64,000 bases of DNA from Vicinamibacteria bacterium (GCA_963832135.1 CAWHTD010000026.1:188189-252188), one strand, 5' to 3'; counted from the stretch's first letter, positions 26,866-36,850 are shown. Numbers and translations are program-made. Notes: generated by a model not told the origin, from the letters alone.

Positions 26866-29628
26866 ATGCAGAACTTCTACGAGCTGTTTGACGATGCTGC
26901 CCGGGAACATGCCGGGCATGTCGCCGTCGAGATCCAGCGCCGCCAAACGCTCGACCGCATCAGTTACGAACGGCTGCGTGAAATGGCCGAGCGCACCGCC
27001 GCGTGGCTTGGGGTGATCGGCATCGGGCCCGGAGATCGGTGCGCCATTCTCGCGGACAACGACGCGCACTGGTGCGCCGCGTACCTGGGCATCCTTCGAC
27101 GCGGCGCCGTCGCCGTTCCGCTCGACACTGCGTACAGGCCATCGCAGGTCGACACGCTGCTACGCGATTCGGGTGCGGGCGTCATGTTCACGTCCGCGAA
27201 GTACATCGAGACGGTGCTTCTGGCGCGGCAGTCGTCGGGGCGCGCGTGCCGTCTCGTCTTGCTTCACGGCGAGCACGCCGACACCGCGAGCTTCGACGGC
27301 ATGGTGACCGGACGCATGCCCGCCCCGCCCCTTCCGGCGTGCACCGCGGGTCCGGACGACCCGGCCGTCATTCTCTACACCTCCGGTACCACGAGCGATC
27401 CCAAGGGCGTCGTCCTCACCCACGCCAACCTGTTAGCCGAGCGCCAGGGTGCCTTTGCGGTGGTGCGGGTGACGGACGAGGACTGCATCCTCGGAGTACT
27501 TCCCCTGTTCCATGCCCTGGCGCAGATGGCGAATCTGCTGCTGCCGTTTTCAATTGGCGCGCGGGTCGTCTTCCTGGAGACCGTCAACACGACCGAGCTC
27601 CTTCGTGCGCTGAAGGAGCGCGGCGTGACGATTTTCGCGTGCGTGCCACAGTTCTTCTATCTGATTCATCAGCGCGTCACCGCCGACGTGGAGAAGCGCG
27701 GCGCGACGGCGCGCCGGCTGTTCCGGAGCCTGCTGGCCGCAAATGCCCGGCTTCGACGGTTCGGGCTGAACCTCGGGCCGATCCTCTTTGCGCGCGTCCA
27801 CGCTGTCGTCGGCCGGCGGATGCGCATCATGGTGACGGGCGGATCGCGATTCGACCCCGACATCGGGCGCGATCTCTACGCACTTGGCTTCAACATCCTG
27901 CAGGCGTATGGCCTCACGGAAACCTCCGGCGCCGCGACGCTGATGCGACCCGGCGATCACCATCTGGCGACCGTCGGCCCGCCGCTGGCGGGCGTCGAGA
28001 TCCGGATCGCGCCGCGCGAGACGACAGACGACGAGGCTTCGGATGGCGAGATTCTGATTCGCGGCGGCGTCGTGATGCGCGAGTACTTCCAACGGCCCGA
28101 CGCGACGGCAGCCACATTCGTCGACGGCTGGCTCCGGACGGGAGATCTTGGACGGCTGGACGATGGCGGCCGCCTGATCGTCACCGGGCGCCGGAAGGAA
28201 ATCATCGTGCTCAGCTCGGGGAAGAACATCTATCCCGAGGAAATCGAATCCGTCTACCGCAAGTCGGCCTTCGTGAAGGAGATTTGCGTGCTTGGCCTCG
28301 CGCGCCCCGGCGAGCCGGCGGCCGAGCGGCTGTATGCGGTGATAGTGCCGGACGAAGACGTGGTGCGCGAGCGAAAAGTCGCGAACATCGGCGATCTCAT
28401 GCGGTTTGAAATCGAAGGGGCCTCGGTGTACCTGCCGCATCACAAGGGGGTTCTCGGCTACGAAATCTGGCGCGAGCCGTTGCCGCGAACGAGCACGGGC
28501 AAGCTGAAACGCTTTGAGATTGAGCGCCGCGTGCGGAGCGCGGCGGAAGCACGCGACGCTCCCGGCGGACCCGTTCTGTCGGAGACGGATCGTGCGTGGC
28601 TGGAGCGCGTCGACCTGGCGCCAATCCTCGAGGTGATCGGCAAGTCGCTGCCGAGCGGGATGGTGCTGACGCCTGACGCGAACCTCGAGCTGGACCTGGG
28701 ATTTGATTCGATGGAGCGCGTCGAGCTTCTGACGGCCCTCGAGCAACGGTTCGGCGCCCACATGCCCGAAGAGGTGATGCAGCGGCTCTACACCGTGCGG
28801 GAGCTGGCGGAAACGATCCAGCAGCACGCACAGGCCGACATGGCCGTCTCGGAGAGTGCGGCCTGGGCGACGCTGCTCGCCGAAGAACCCGGCGAACCTG
28901 GCACGCTCGATCGCTTTCTCGGCCATCACCGCGTGGTGCCGTTCCTGCTGTTTGGCCTCCTGAAATCGATCATGGTGCTCGTCAGGGTGGCGATCCGCAT
29001 CGAGGTGACGGGGCTCGACCGGCTGCCGGAACGCGGACCCTATCTCCTGAGCCCCAATCATCAGAGCTATCTCGATCCCTTCCTCCTCCTCGGTTCGCTT
29101 CCCTATCGCGTCGTGCGCCAGGTGTTCTTCGTTGGCGCCAGCGAATACTTCGACACGGCAGTCCTTCGGTGGCTCGCGCGACAGATCAGCCTCGTGCCGG
29201 TGGATCCGGACGCCGGCCTCGTGCCGGCTATGCAGGCTGGCGCCGCGGGCTTGCGGAGGGGACGGATCCTGGTGCTGTTTCCCGAAGGCGAGCGATCAAT
29301 TGACGGGACGGTGCGCGGGTTCAAGAAGGGCGCCGCGATTCTGGCACACCACCTCCGTGTTCCCCTTGTGCCTGTGGGGATCGACGGCTTGTTCGACCTC
29401 TGGGCCAGGAATCGCGGCGTGCAGTGGCGTAAGCTCCTGCCAGGCGCCGGCACGACCGTGCGCCTGACGATCGGCGTGCCGCTCGATCCGGAAGGCGAGT
29501 CGACGCCGACAGGTGCGCGGGAGGCCGCATATTCGGTCCTGACCGCTCGGTTGCGCGACGCGGTGGAATCGTTGTGGGGCGAGCTGGCCGGGCGGCGCGC
29601 GTCGGCCGGGCGTCACTCGATCAACTGA
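26866..29628 (+). CDS. Tri-domain acyl-activating enzyme: AMP-dependent synthetase/ligase + carrier (PP-binding) domain + PlsC-type acyltransferase
   Basis: LYTSGTTSDPKGV, YGLTE, GWLRTGDLG and TSTGKLKR (adenylation); LGFDSMERVEL (phosphopantetheine Ser); NHQSYLDP and FPEGERS (LPLAT). Confidence 0.85.
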   Translation: MQNFYELFDDAAREHAGHVAVEIQRRQTLDRISYERLREMAERTAAWLGVIGIGPGDRCAILADNDAHWCAAYLGILRRGAVAVPLDTAYRPSQVDTLLRDSGAGVMFTSAKYIETVLLARQSSGRACRLVLLHGEHADTASFDGMVTGRMPAPPLPACTAGPDDPAVILYTSGTTSDPKGVVLTHANLLAERQGAFAVVRVTDEDCILGVLPLFHALAQMANLLLPFSIGARVVFLETVNTTELLRALKERGVTIFACVPQFFYLIHQRVTADVEKRGATARRLFRSLLAANARLRRFGLNLGPILFARVHAVVGRRMRIMVTGGSRFDPDIGRDLYALGFNILQAYGLTETSGAATLMRPGDHHLATVGPPLAGVEIRIAPRETTDDEASDGEILIRGGVVMREYFQRPDATAATFVDGWLRTGDLGRLDDGGRLIVTGRRKEIIVLSSGKNIYPEEIESVYRKSAFVKEICVLGLARPGEPAAERLYAVIVPDEDVVRERKVANIGDLMRFEIEGASVYLPHHKGVLGYEIWREPLPRTSTGKLKRFEIERRVRSAAEARDAPGGPVLSETDRAWLERVDLAPILEVIGKSLPSGMVLTPDANLELDLGFDSMERVELLTALEQRFGAHMPEEVMQRLYTVRELAETIQQHAQADMAVSESAAWATLLAEEPGEPGTLDRFLGHHRVVPFLLFGLLKSIMVLVRVAIRIEVTGLDRLPERGPYLLSPNHQSYLDPFLLLGSLPYRVVRQVFFVGASEYFDTAVLRWLARQISLVPVDPDAGLVPAMQAGAAGLRRGRILVLFPEGERSIDGTVRGFKKGAAILAHHLRVPLVPVGIDGLFDLWARNRGVQWRKLLPGAGTTVRLTIGVPLDPEGESTPTGAREAAYSVLTARLRDAVESLWGELAGRRASAGRHSIN

Positions 29629-31347
29629 GACCGGAATCAGCCAGGGCGCCTTCGGCCATCTCGGTCGCGTCGGCGAGGACCACGCGATCCCGGCCTTCGT
29701 GTTTGGCCCGGTAGAGCGCTCGATCGGCGACCCGGAGCAGCGTGTCGGCGGTCGAGGCGTGGAGCGGCACCGTCGCAATGCCGATCGAGATCGTTACAGG
29801 CCCGAGCGCCTGGCGCCGGAAGCTGAGAGACAACTGGTGCACTTGCTCGACGGAGCTGCGAGGCGCGAGCCAGCGCGCCGTCGGCGCTGGTATCGGCAAG
29901 GACGAGCGCAAACTCCTCACCACCGTAGCGGCACGCCACGTCCTCTCCGCGGAAGAAGGACCGGAGAACCGCACCGACCTCGCGGAGCACCGCATCGCCG
30001 GCGTCGTGGCCGAAGGTGTCGTTGAAGCGCTTGAAGTGATCGATGTCGAGCATCATCACCGACAGCGGACGGTTGGCGCGAATCGATCGCCGGCATTCCC
30101 GCTCCAGCGACTCTTCCAGGAACCGGCGGTTGAAGAGGCCCGTGAGGGGATCTCGAATCGACTGACTCTTCAGCGTGTCGCGCAGGCGGAGATTGGCGAG
30201 CGCGAGCGCGATCTGCTCCGCGGTGGCTGTCACGGTCCTGCGGCGGTCGGCCTGATCCTCGGCATCCCCTTCCTTCGCGGCGGCCTCTGCCTGCACCAGC
30301 GGCTCGACCAGAACGAGCACCCCCAGTGATTCGCCCTGCGCCGTCAGCGGCACGCACGTGGTGTGCATGTCTTCGAGGCCGAGCAGGTGACCGCACCGAG
30401 GTGACGACCGGTCGAGACCAGCGTCGTGGACGCGGTTTCGTCTCAGGGCCCAGCAGTCGACCGGCCCGAACATCGGCTCCATCCTCGCGATTTCTCCTCC
30501 CCAGGACGAGTGGTTCTCGAGCATGCCGGAGGAGTTGACCAGGAACAGCGCCCCCGACCGGCCAACAAGCGCCGGCGCGGCCCGCTCGATCACGCGATAC
30601 GCTTCTTCAGGAAGCTGACAGGTCTGCAGCAGCTGGCTCAACTCGGCAAGCCGTGCAATCTCATCGCCGCGTTCCTGCGCGCGCTCCAGGATGCCGGCGA
30701 GGCGATTGTTCACCTCGGTGAGCTCGCCTGCGACGCGCACGCGCTCGCGCATGTCGCGCCGGACGAGAAAGGCGGCAACGAGCAGCAGGCCCACGGCAGC
30801 CACGCCGGCCACGGTGAGGTTGCGAAGGGTCTCGCGCGCGCTGCTCTGCGACCGGGCCGCGCGCTCGGCCAGCAGGGTGCGCTCGTCGCGCTCGGCCTGC
30901 ACGAGCACGTCGCGGATCGCCTCCATTTCGCGCTCGCCCTCTCCGCTCGTCACGAGACGGGAGGCGGCCTGCGCGCCGGAATAGCGGCGCGCTTCGGCGA
31001 CGCGGCGATAGAAATCGAGCAGGCGGCCGATCGAGGCCTCCAACTCATCGACGCGGCGACCTTGTGCGGGATTGTCGGCCGAGAAGTTGCCGGAGCTCGA
31101 CGAGGTGTCGCGGCAGGCGCGATACCGCGGCCTGGTAGGCGGCACGGAATTCGTCGCGTCCGCTGATGACGAAGCTGTGCTCGCCGGCTTCGGCATCGCG
31201 CAAATCGCCGCTGAGCGATTGCAGTCGCTCGAGCACCGTGTAGGTGTGCGTGACGAGCGCGTTGGTGGCGAGCAGCGAATCGATGCTGCGCCACGACAGC
31301 CCGCCGACGAGCAAAAGGACCGCCAGCGCGAAGACAAACGCCGGCAT
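29621..31347 (-). pseudogene. CHASE3-TM-GAF-GGDEF diguanylate cyclase with two +1 frame breaks (~31080 and ~29846-29855)
   Basis: MPAFVFALAVLLLVGGLSWRSIDSLL...VELRQLL | ADNPAQGRRVDELEASIGRLL...RGEDVACRYGGEEFALVLADTSADGALARASQL | VEQVHQLS...ISIGIA...RALYRAKHEGRDRV*. The three frames join if one base is removed at each junction. Confidence 0.7.
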
Positions 31348-31447
31348 GACCCGCCGCGGATGAACGATGCGCTCGAGCGCAGCGGCAAACGGGGTCTGCG
31401 AGCTTGCCACGGCGCCGATTATATCGCTGTGGTCGAGCGGGCGCGGC

Positions 31448-31949
31448 TTACTCTGCCGTCGTGCGGCTTCCGAGCTCTCGATCGAAATCGAGAAGACCGC
31501 CCGGATCGCTGCCAATCATCGTGAGCTTGGCCAGAATCTCGCGTGCAGTTCGTTCTTCCTCGACCTGCTCGGCAAGGAACCACTGCAGCTCGACCGTAGT
31601 GGAAAACGCCTTCTCCTTGAACGCGAGGTCGTAGAGCACGTCGATCTGCTGACTGACGGCCTGCTCCTGCTTCAGCACGCGATCGAAGACGTTGTGCAGC
31701 GACGAGAACTTCTGCATGGGCGAGGGCATCTCCTTCAGCTGGATGTCGCCGCCGCGCGCGAGGACGAAGTCGAACAGCTTCATCGCGTGTCGCGTACTCC
31801 TCCTGGCTCTGGAGTCGCAGCCACTTGGCACTGCCATGCAGGTTCTGCGACGTGCACCAGGCAGACATCGCGAGATATTCGTACGACGCGCCGAACTCGG
31901 CCTTGATCTGCTGGTTGAGGGCGTCGCTGACAGTCGGGATCATGCTCAT
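31448..31949 (-). pseudogene. ftn: Ferritin (non-haem, Ftn-like) with one +1 frame break (~31790)
   Basis: MSMIPTVSDALNQQIKAEFGASYEYLAMSAW...LRLQSQEEY | HAMKLFDFVLARGG...ELQWFLAEQVEEE... Confidence 0.75.
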
Positions 31950-32094
31950 TTCGGAGGAAGCTCCTGAGCGCTAGGCTATCATGGCACTCTCGCGCGCAGG
32001 GACGTGGCTTGGCTTCAGGGCTTCGGGCTCCGGGCCAGATGGGACCGCGCTGCTATACTCGAAAACGGCCGTCGCCCTGGCGGTCTCGTTGGAC

Positions 32095-32183
32095 GCCGGA
32101 GTGGCGGAACTGGCAGACGCGCCGGACTCAAAATCCGGTTCACCGCAAGGTGAGTGTGGGTTCGACCCCCTCCTCCGGCACCA
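32095..32183 (+). tRNA. tRNA-Leu (anticodon CAA), class II with long variable arm, encoded CCA
   Basis: GCCGGAG/CTCCGGC acceptor stem; anticodon stem CCGGA/TCCGG with loop CTCAAAA; variable arm TCACC-GCAA-GGTGA; T-loop TTCGACC. There is one U-U mismatch in the T stem (GTGGG/CCCTC). Confidence 0.9.
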
Positions 32184-32206
32184 TAGCCTTCGCTACGCTC
32201 GGCTTG

Positions 32207-32672
32207 GTGCCGAAGGAGGGGCTCAGGCACTGGGCCGGCGGCGCTCTCGCGCCGTGGCCTCCGCGGCTCGACCCCCTCGCCGAACACCACGCCGGCGCGT
32301 TGCTCGGCGGGCGGGCCGCAGGCGGGGGTCAACGCATTGGGCCGGCGGCGCCCTCGCGCCGTGGCCTTTGCGGCTCGACCCCTCGTCTAACACCACACCG
32401 GCGCGTCGCTCGGCGGGCGGGCCGCAGGCGGGGGCCAATGCATTGGGCCGGCGGCGCTCTCGCGCCGTGGCCTTTGCGGCTCGACCCCCTCGCCTAACAC
32501 CACGCCGGCGCGTCGCTCGGCGGCGGGCCGCAGGCGGGGGCCGACGCACTGGGCCGGCGGCGCTCTCGCGCCGTGGCCTCCGCGGCTCGACCCCCTCGCC
32601 GAACCCCACGCCGGTGCGTCGCGGCGGGCGGGCCGAAGGAGGGGGCTCAGGCACTGGGTCGGCAGCGCTCAC
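32207..32672. repeat. Tandem array, ~106 bp unit x ~4.4, immediately 3' of tRNA-Leu
   Basis: The TGGGCCGGCG motif recurs at 32231, 32338, 32444 and 32550, with a diverged copy (TGGGTCGGCA) at 32655. The outer units resemble each other (..cctccgcggctcgaccccctcgccgaac..) and the inner units resemble each other (..cctttgcggctcgacccc(c)tcg(t/c)ctaac..). Confidence 0.9.
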
Positions 32673-32817
32673 CAAATCCCCAAGGGTCCGAAGTCTTGAC
32701 CCGGTCCTTCGCACCGACAATCGGTCGACGATAGCAATACGAGCACTGCGCGATTGACCTAAACGAGGTACTCGCCGACTCGCCACGGGCTGTTATGACT
32801 GCTTGTCAAATCTGATC

Positions 32818-33002
32818 GCGGCCGGAGAGCGTGTCGGGGCCGCCGCCCGTTGGAGGGACGCGCGAGGCCGAAAACCGGCTCGAGAGCGCCAGAAATCCGC
32901 GTGGGGTGACGGAGTGGGGCCCCGCGCTCCGCCCACGTGTCGCGACTGAGCCGGTTTTCCGCGCCTCCGACCGGGCGGCGCCCCGATACGCTCTCCGGCC
33001 GC
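32818..33002. repeat. ~185 nt imperfect long inverted repeat (candidate structured ncRNA or MITE-like element)
   Basis: 32818-32849 (gcggccggagagcgtgtcggggccgccgcccg) pairs with 32972-33002, with one G-U pair and one bulge. Inner arms gaggccgaaaaccggctcgag and ctgagccggttttccgcgcctc also pair. Confidence 0.7.
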
Positions 33003-33100
33003 ACGTGGCCGTTGATTCCGCGGCACAATCCACCTCGTCCCTGCGAACTGCCGTGTCGACAGTCGAGAACTGAGCGCCGACATCCAGCGTCGGCGTGCGA

Positions 33101-34805
33101 CTACCGCGAGGCGAAACTCACCGTGACATTGATGCGCGTTTCGACGGGCACAGCGCCAAGGCGGGTCGGAGCAAATTTCCACCCGGACAGCGCGTTGAGC
33201 GTCGCGCGCACGAACTCGGGCTCGGCCGGCGCCGCCAGCCGCAGCTCTTTGAGGTAACCGTCTGTGCCGATGCGGCCTTCGACCTTCACGGTCCCTCCGA
33301 TGGCTGCGTCCCGCTGACGTGGGGGGTATCGCGGCAACACGTTAGTCAGTTTGATCGGCGGTTGAATGCAGCCCCCGACCAACGACTGGTTGCACGAGTC
33401 ACCGATCGTTCGCTCTTGCGCCTTTGCTGGCGGCGTGGGCGGCGGCGGAGGCGGCATGCCTCGATCAACAGCGCCGGAAGGCGGCGGTGGAGGAGGCGGT
33501 GGGAGCACCGCCTCTCCCGGAGTGACCGTGATCGTTTCCTGAATGGACCCCACCTGCAGCGCAACGTCCTGTTCGAGGGCTTCGCCCGGGTCGATCCTCA
33601 CACGACCCTGGACGGGATCGAAGCCAGGCTTTCGTACTTCGATGACGTATTCGCCCGGTGCCAGATCAGTGAACGCGAAATGCCCGGACGCGTCGCTCGT
33701 CGTTTCACGTGTGGCTCGCGATTGCTTACTCGTAATGAGGAGCGTGAGGTTGGGGATCACGCGTCCGACGGCATCCATGACCGAGCCGGAAAACGTAGCG
33801 GCTGCCCCGCCCTGTGACGACGCCGACGCGAGCAGACCCGCGACAGGGAGCGTAATCGCCAGCAGGGCCAGAACGGTGCAGATTCCGACAACGCGCGACA
33901 CCGGCGTGCGATTCCGATCCGTGGTCAACATGGCGCGGACTCTCCTTTCGAAGCTTGATGGTCGCGCCATCGCAGGGGCAGCGAGGCTCGAATCGATGAA
34001 CCGCCGTGCCCTCTTGAAACCGCGAGCGATCTCGAGCAACTGAGTCGCATACGCCGAGCCCTCGACGCCTTGGCCGAGCACGACATCGTCGCATGCAAGC
34101 TCGCTCTGTCGGCGCAGGGTGCGACACGCAATCCAGACGATGGGATTGAACCAGTAGATCGAGCGAAGAATCTCTGCCGCGATCTGTACGAGCCAGTCTC
34201 GGCGTCGGATGTGCGCGAACTCGTGCGCCAGTACGATCCAAATCCGTTCGACGGGCCAGTCACGCGCCCCCGCGGGCAACAGGATTCGAGGCCTCAGCCA
34301 ACCCCACGTGACCAGGAGAGCGGGATGGCGGCTCTCCACAATCTCGATGCGACGGGTAAGGCAGAAGCGCTGGCAGAGCATGTCGGCGGCCTCCCGCCAC
34401 GGGCCCTCTCGTAGCGTCGCTGATCGCGACCCGAGCCAGGCCAGCCGAGCGCATCCAACGGCAAAGACGACAAGGCTGATCGCGCTTCCGAGCGCCCACA
34501 CGATCGTGAGTATGCCCACGGTCGCGTCGCCGGACGCGTCTCCGAGACCGCTCGAGACCCCGGCGGTACGGCTCAGGATGCTTGCCGGACCGAGCGGCAC
34601 GAGCGCAATCGGTTCCGAGAGATTCCAGCGGTACTGCCACGCCATCCGGCACCTGCCAATTCGGAACAATCGCTTCCAAGGCGGGGATCAGGCCGCCGCA
34701 GAGCAAGGACACGGTGAGCACCCAGTGGCGCAGCGCCGCTGATGACCTCCTCAGGACTGCGACAGATGCAAGTCCGACGAGCAGGATGAGTGTCGTCTTG
34801 ATCAC
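33101..34805 (-). pseudogene. BlaR1-like M56 sensor-peptidase fused to CarboxypepD_reg-like and TonB C-terminal domains; one +1 frame break (~34600-34660)
   Basis: MIKTTLILLVGLASVAVLRRSSAALRHWVLTVSLL...IVPNWQ (from ATG 34805) continues in another frame: ...LAHEFAHIRRRDW (HExxH)...GSVMDAVGRVIPN...Pro-rich linker PPPPPPPPSG...TonB_C end. Confidence 0.75.
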
Positions 34806-35194
34806 TTCGATCCCCCCTTTCGCGCGCGCGCGACGAGATCGGCGATGCGATCGAGATCCTGGTCGGTAAGCCTGGTCGCCTCACCGCCAAGTACCGCGGC
34901 GACGATTTGTTCTGCCGAGCCGTCGAAGAATGTGTTGACGAGGTGCTTGAGCGCCGACCGCCGGGCCGAATGGCGGGCCACGACGGGGGCGTAGACGTAG
35001 CGGAGCCCGTGCTCCTCGTGCCGCACGTGTCCTTTCTCTTCGAGGACGCGCAGTTGCGTGCGGACCGTCGAATCGCTCGGGTCGCCTGGCAGCTCGCGTT
35101 TCACGTCGGCGGCGGTGGCGCGGCCCAGGCGGAAGAGGACGTCCATGATCTGCCGTTCGCGCCGCGAGAGCGTATTGTGTAGCGCCTTGCTCAT
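34802..35194 (-). CDS. blaI: BlaI/MecI/CopY-family transcriptional repressor
   Basis: LSRRERQIMDVLFRLGRATAADVKREL...STVRTQLRVLEEKGHVRHEE. It overlaps the BlaR1-like start by 4 nt. Confidence 0.9.
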   Translation of the reverse strand: MSKALHNTLSRRERQIMDVLFRLGRATAADVKRELPGDPSDSTVRTQLRVLEEKGHVRHEEHGLRYVYAPVVARHSARRSALKHLVNTFFDGSAEQIVAAVLGGEATRLTDQDLDRIADLVARARKGGSK

Positions 35195-35231
35195 GTTATG
35201 TTCATAGCATACACGTTATAAAAATAACATG
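35192..35231. promoter_or_regulatory. AT-rich inverted repeat at the blaI start (candidate operator/promoter)
   Basis: CATGTTAT-N24-ATAACATG, with an inner GTTATAAAAATAAC palindrome. This is the only strongly AT-rich stretch in the neighbourhood. Confidence 0.45.
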
Positions 35232-35318
35232 TCAAGACCGCATCCGCCGCCGACCGAAACGCTGCAGGACACGGCCGGTGCGGCCTCGGACCTTCAGGTC
35301 CGGCCGCCGTCCGAGCGC

Positions 35319-36659
35319 TCAGCGTTTGCGATCGTTCCGGTACACCTTGCCGGCTTTCATCACGAAGACGACGTGTTCGGTGGATTTGATGTCGGCCAGG
35401 ACGTCACCCGGCACCGCGACGAGGTCGGCATCCTTGCCAGGCTCAATCGATCCGATCGACTTTTCCAGGCCGAGAAGCGTAGCCGCTTCAATGGTGCCGG
35501 CGCCGAGCGCGGCGTACGGCGTCATCCCTCGCTGCACCAGCAGGCCGAACTCCTGCCCGTTCAGCCCGTGCGCGGTCACGCCCGAATCAGTGCCGAGCGC
35601 AACCTTCACGCCGATCGCGATGGCGCGTTTCATCATCTCGATGTGCGCGTCGCCGGCGGCTTTTCCTTTCGCGGCAATCTCCGGCGGATACTGACGGGCG
35701 CCACTTCTTCCCGATACCGAATCGGCGGCCATGCTCGTCGGCACGAGGTACGTGCCCCGCTCTTTCATCATCCGCAGGGTCTCATCGTCGAGAAACGAGC
35801 CGTGCTCGATCGAGTCGATTCCGGCGCGAATGGCGACCTTCGCGCCGGCCGCGCCGTGCGCGTGCGCCGCCGTCTTGCGGCGAAGCCGGTGCGTCTCCTC
35901 GACGAGGGCGTCCATCTCCGCCTGCGTGACCTGCGGGGTATCCACTTCGTCGGTGAGCGAGAGCACGCCGCCGGTGGCGCAGACCTTGATGACGTCGGCG
36001 CCGTACTTCATCTGGAAGCGTACGGCATCGCGAAACTGATCGGGACCGCTGGCAATGCCCTCCGCCGCTCCTGTTTCCTTGCCGAACAGCATGTGCGGGT
36101 ATCCGGTGATGTCGCAGTGCCCACCGCGGGCGCCAAGCGCGTAGGCGGCGACCAGCATCCGGGGCCCGGGGACAATGCCGGCATTGATGTTGTTGCGCAG
36201 CCCGACATCGATGTAGTCGCTCGAGCCGACATCGCGGACGGTCGTGAACCCGGCCATCAGCGTTCGCTCTGCGTACCGCACGGCGCGGATGGCACTTTCG
36301 GCCACCGTTCGCCGGAGGCCCTCCACGGCATCGGCGTACCAGTTCGGGGAGGATTCCATCGTGATGTGCGTGTGCGCGTCGATGAATCCTGGCAGGAGCG
36401 TCGCATCGCCGAGATCGACGACGGTGGCGCCTGCGGGCGGGGGCAGATCGGAGCCGGCCGCGGTGATCCGGCCGCCAGTCACAATCACGACCGCACGCGG
36501 CACCAGGCTCGCGCCCGTGGCGGTGAACATCCGCGCGGCCTTGATCGCGGTCACATGTTCTGGCGCGGAAGTCTGCGCCGAGCCCGCCTGCGCGCCCGCA
36601 ATCACGAGTGCGACGGCCAGCCCCCACGAGGCCGTCCCCCGTTGACAGTTCGAGATCAT
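35319..36659 (-). CDS. Secreted amidohydrolase-family metallo-hydrolase
   Basis: Signal peptide, then LLPGFIDAHTHI, the later ...AAHAHG... motif, and IEHGSFLDDE. ATG 36659 is preceded by a GAGGA-like SD. Confidence 0.8.
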   Translation of the reverse strand: MISNCQRGTASWGLAVALVIAGAQAGSAQTSAPEHVTAIKAARMFTATGASLVPRAVVIVTGGRITAAGSDLPPPAGATVVDLGDATLLPGFIDAHTHITMESSPNWYADAVEGLRRTVAESAIRAVRYAERTLMAGFTTVRDVGSSDYIDVGLRNNINAGIVPGPRMLVAAYALGARGGHCDITGYPHMLFGKETGAAEGIASGPDQFRDAVRFQMKYGADVIKVCATGGVLSLTDEVDTPQVTQAEMDALVEETHRLRRKTAAHAHGAAGAKVAIRAGIDSIEHGSFLDDETLRMMKERGTYLVPTSMAADSVSGRSGARQYPPEIAAKGKAAGDAHIEMMKRAIAIGVKVALGTDSGVTAHGLNGQEFGLLVQRGMTPYAALGAGTIEAATLLGLEKSIGSIEPGKDADLVAVPGDVLADIKSTEHVVFVMKAGKVYRNDRKR

Positions 36660-36832
36660 GCCGGAATCCTCATGGCACCCGGCTGACTCTGCCGGCGTGC
36701 GAAGACTACACGCATTCTCAGGGGAAACGAACAGCCGATTTCCGCTGCGGCGACGACGCGCGACCGTGCGGCGGCTGGAGCTATAGCCACGGATAGACAC
36801 TGACAGTCCGACGAGCGCTCATCAGGATTGAG

Positions 36833-36850
36833 GCGACATTAATGTCGCCG
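36833..36850. promoter_or_regulatory. Perfect palindrome GGCGACAT-TA-ATGTCGCC (candidate enhancer-binding-protein site)
   Basis: Lies ~220 nt upstream of the sigma54-type promoter at 37070. Confidence 0.4.

Noticed and set aside
31981-32757. 258 aa ORF spanning the tRNA-Leu gene and the 106 bp tandem array
   Set aside because: It runs through a tRNA. Its translation is a periodic RRR/AAR/PPR pattern that simply reflects the DNA repeat.
32095-33100. Integrated mobile element or genomic island at tRNA-Leu
   Set aside because: I found no integrase, excisionase or cargo genes. The region is entirely non-coding repeats, and the only tRNA-3'-like matches are an 11-nt core plus CACCA. It is kept as a repeat finding only.
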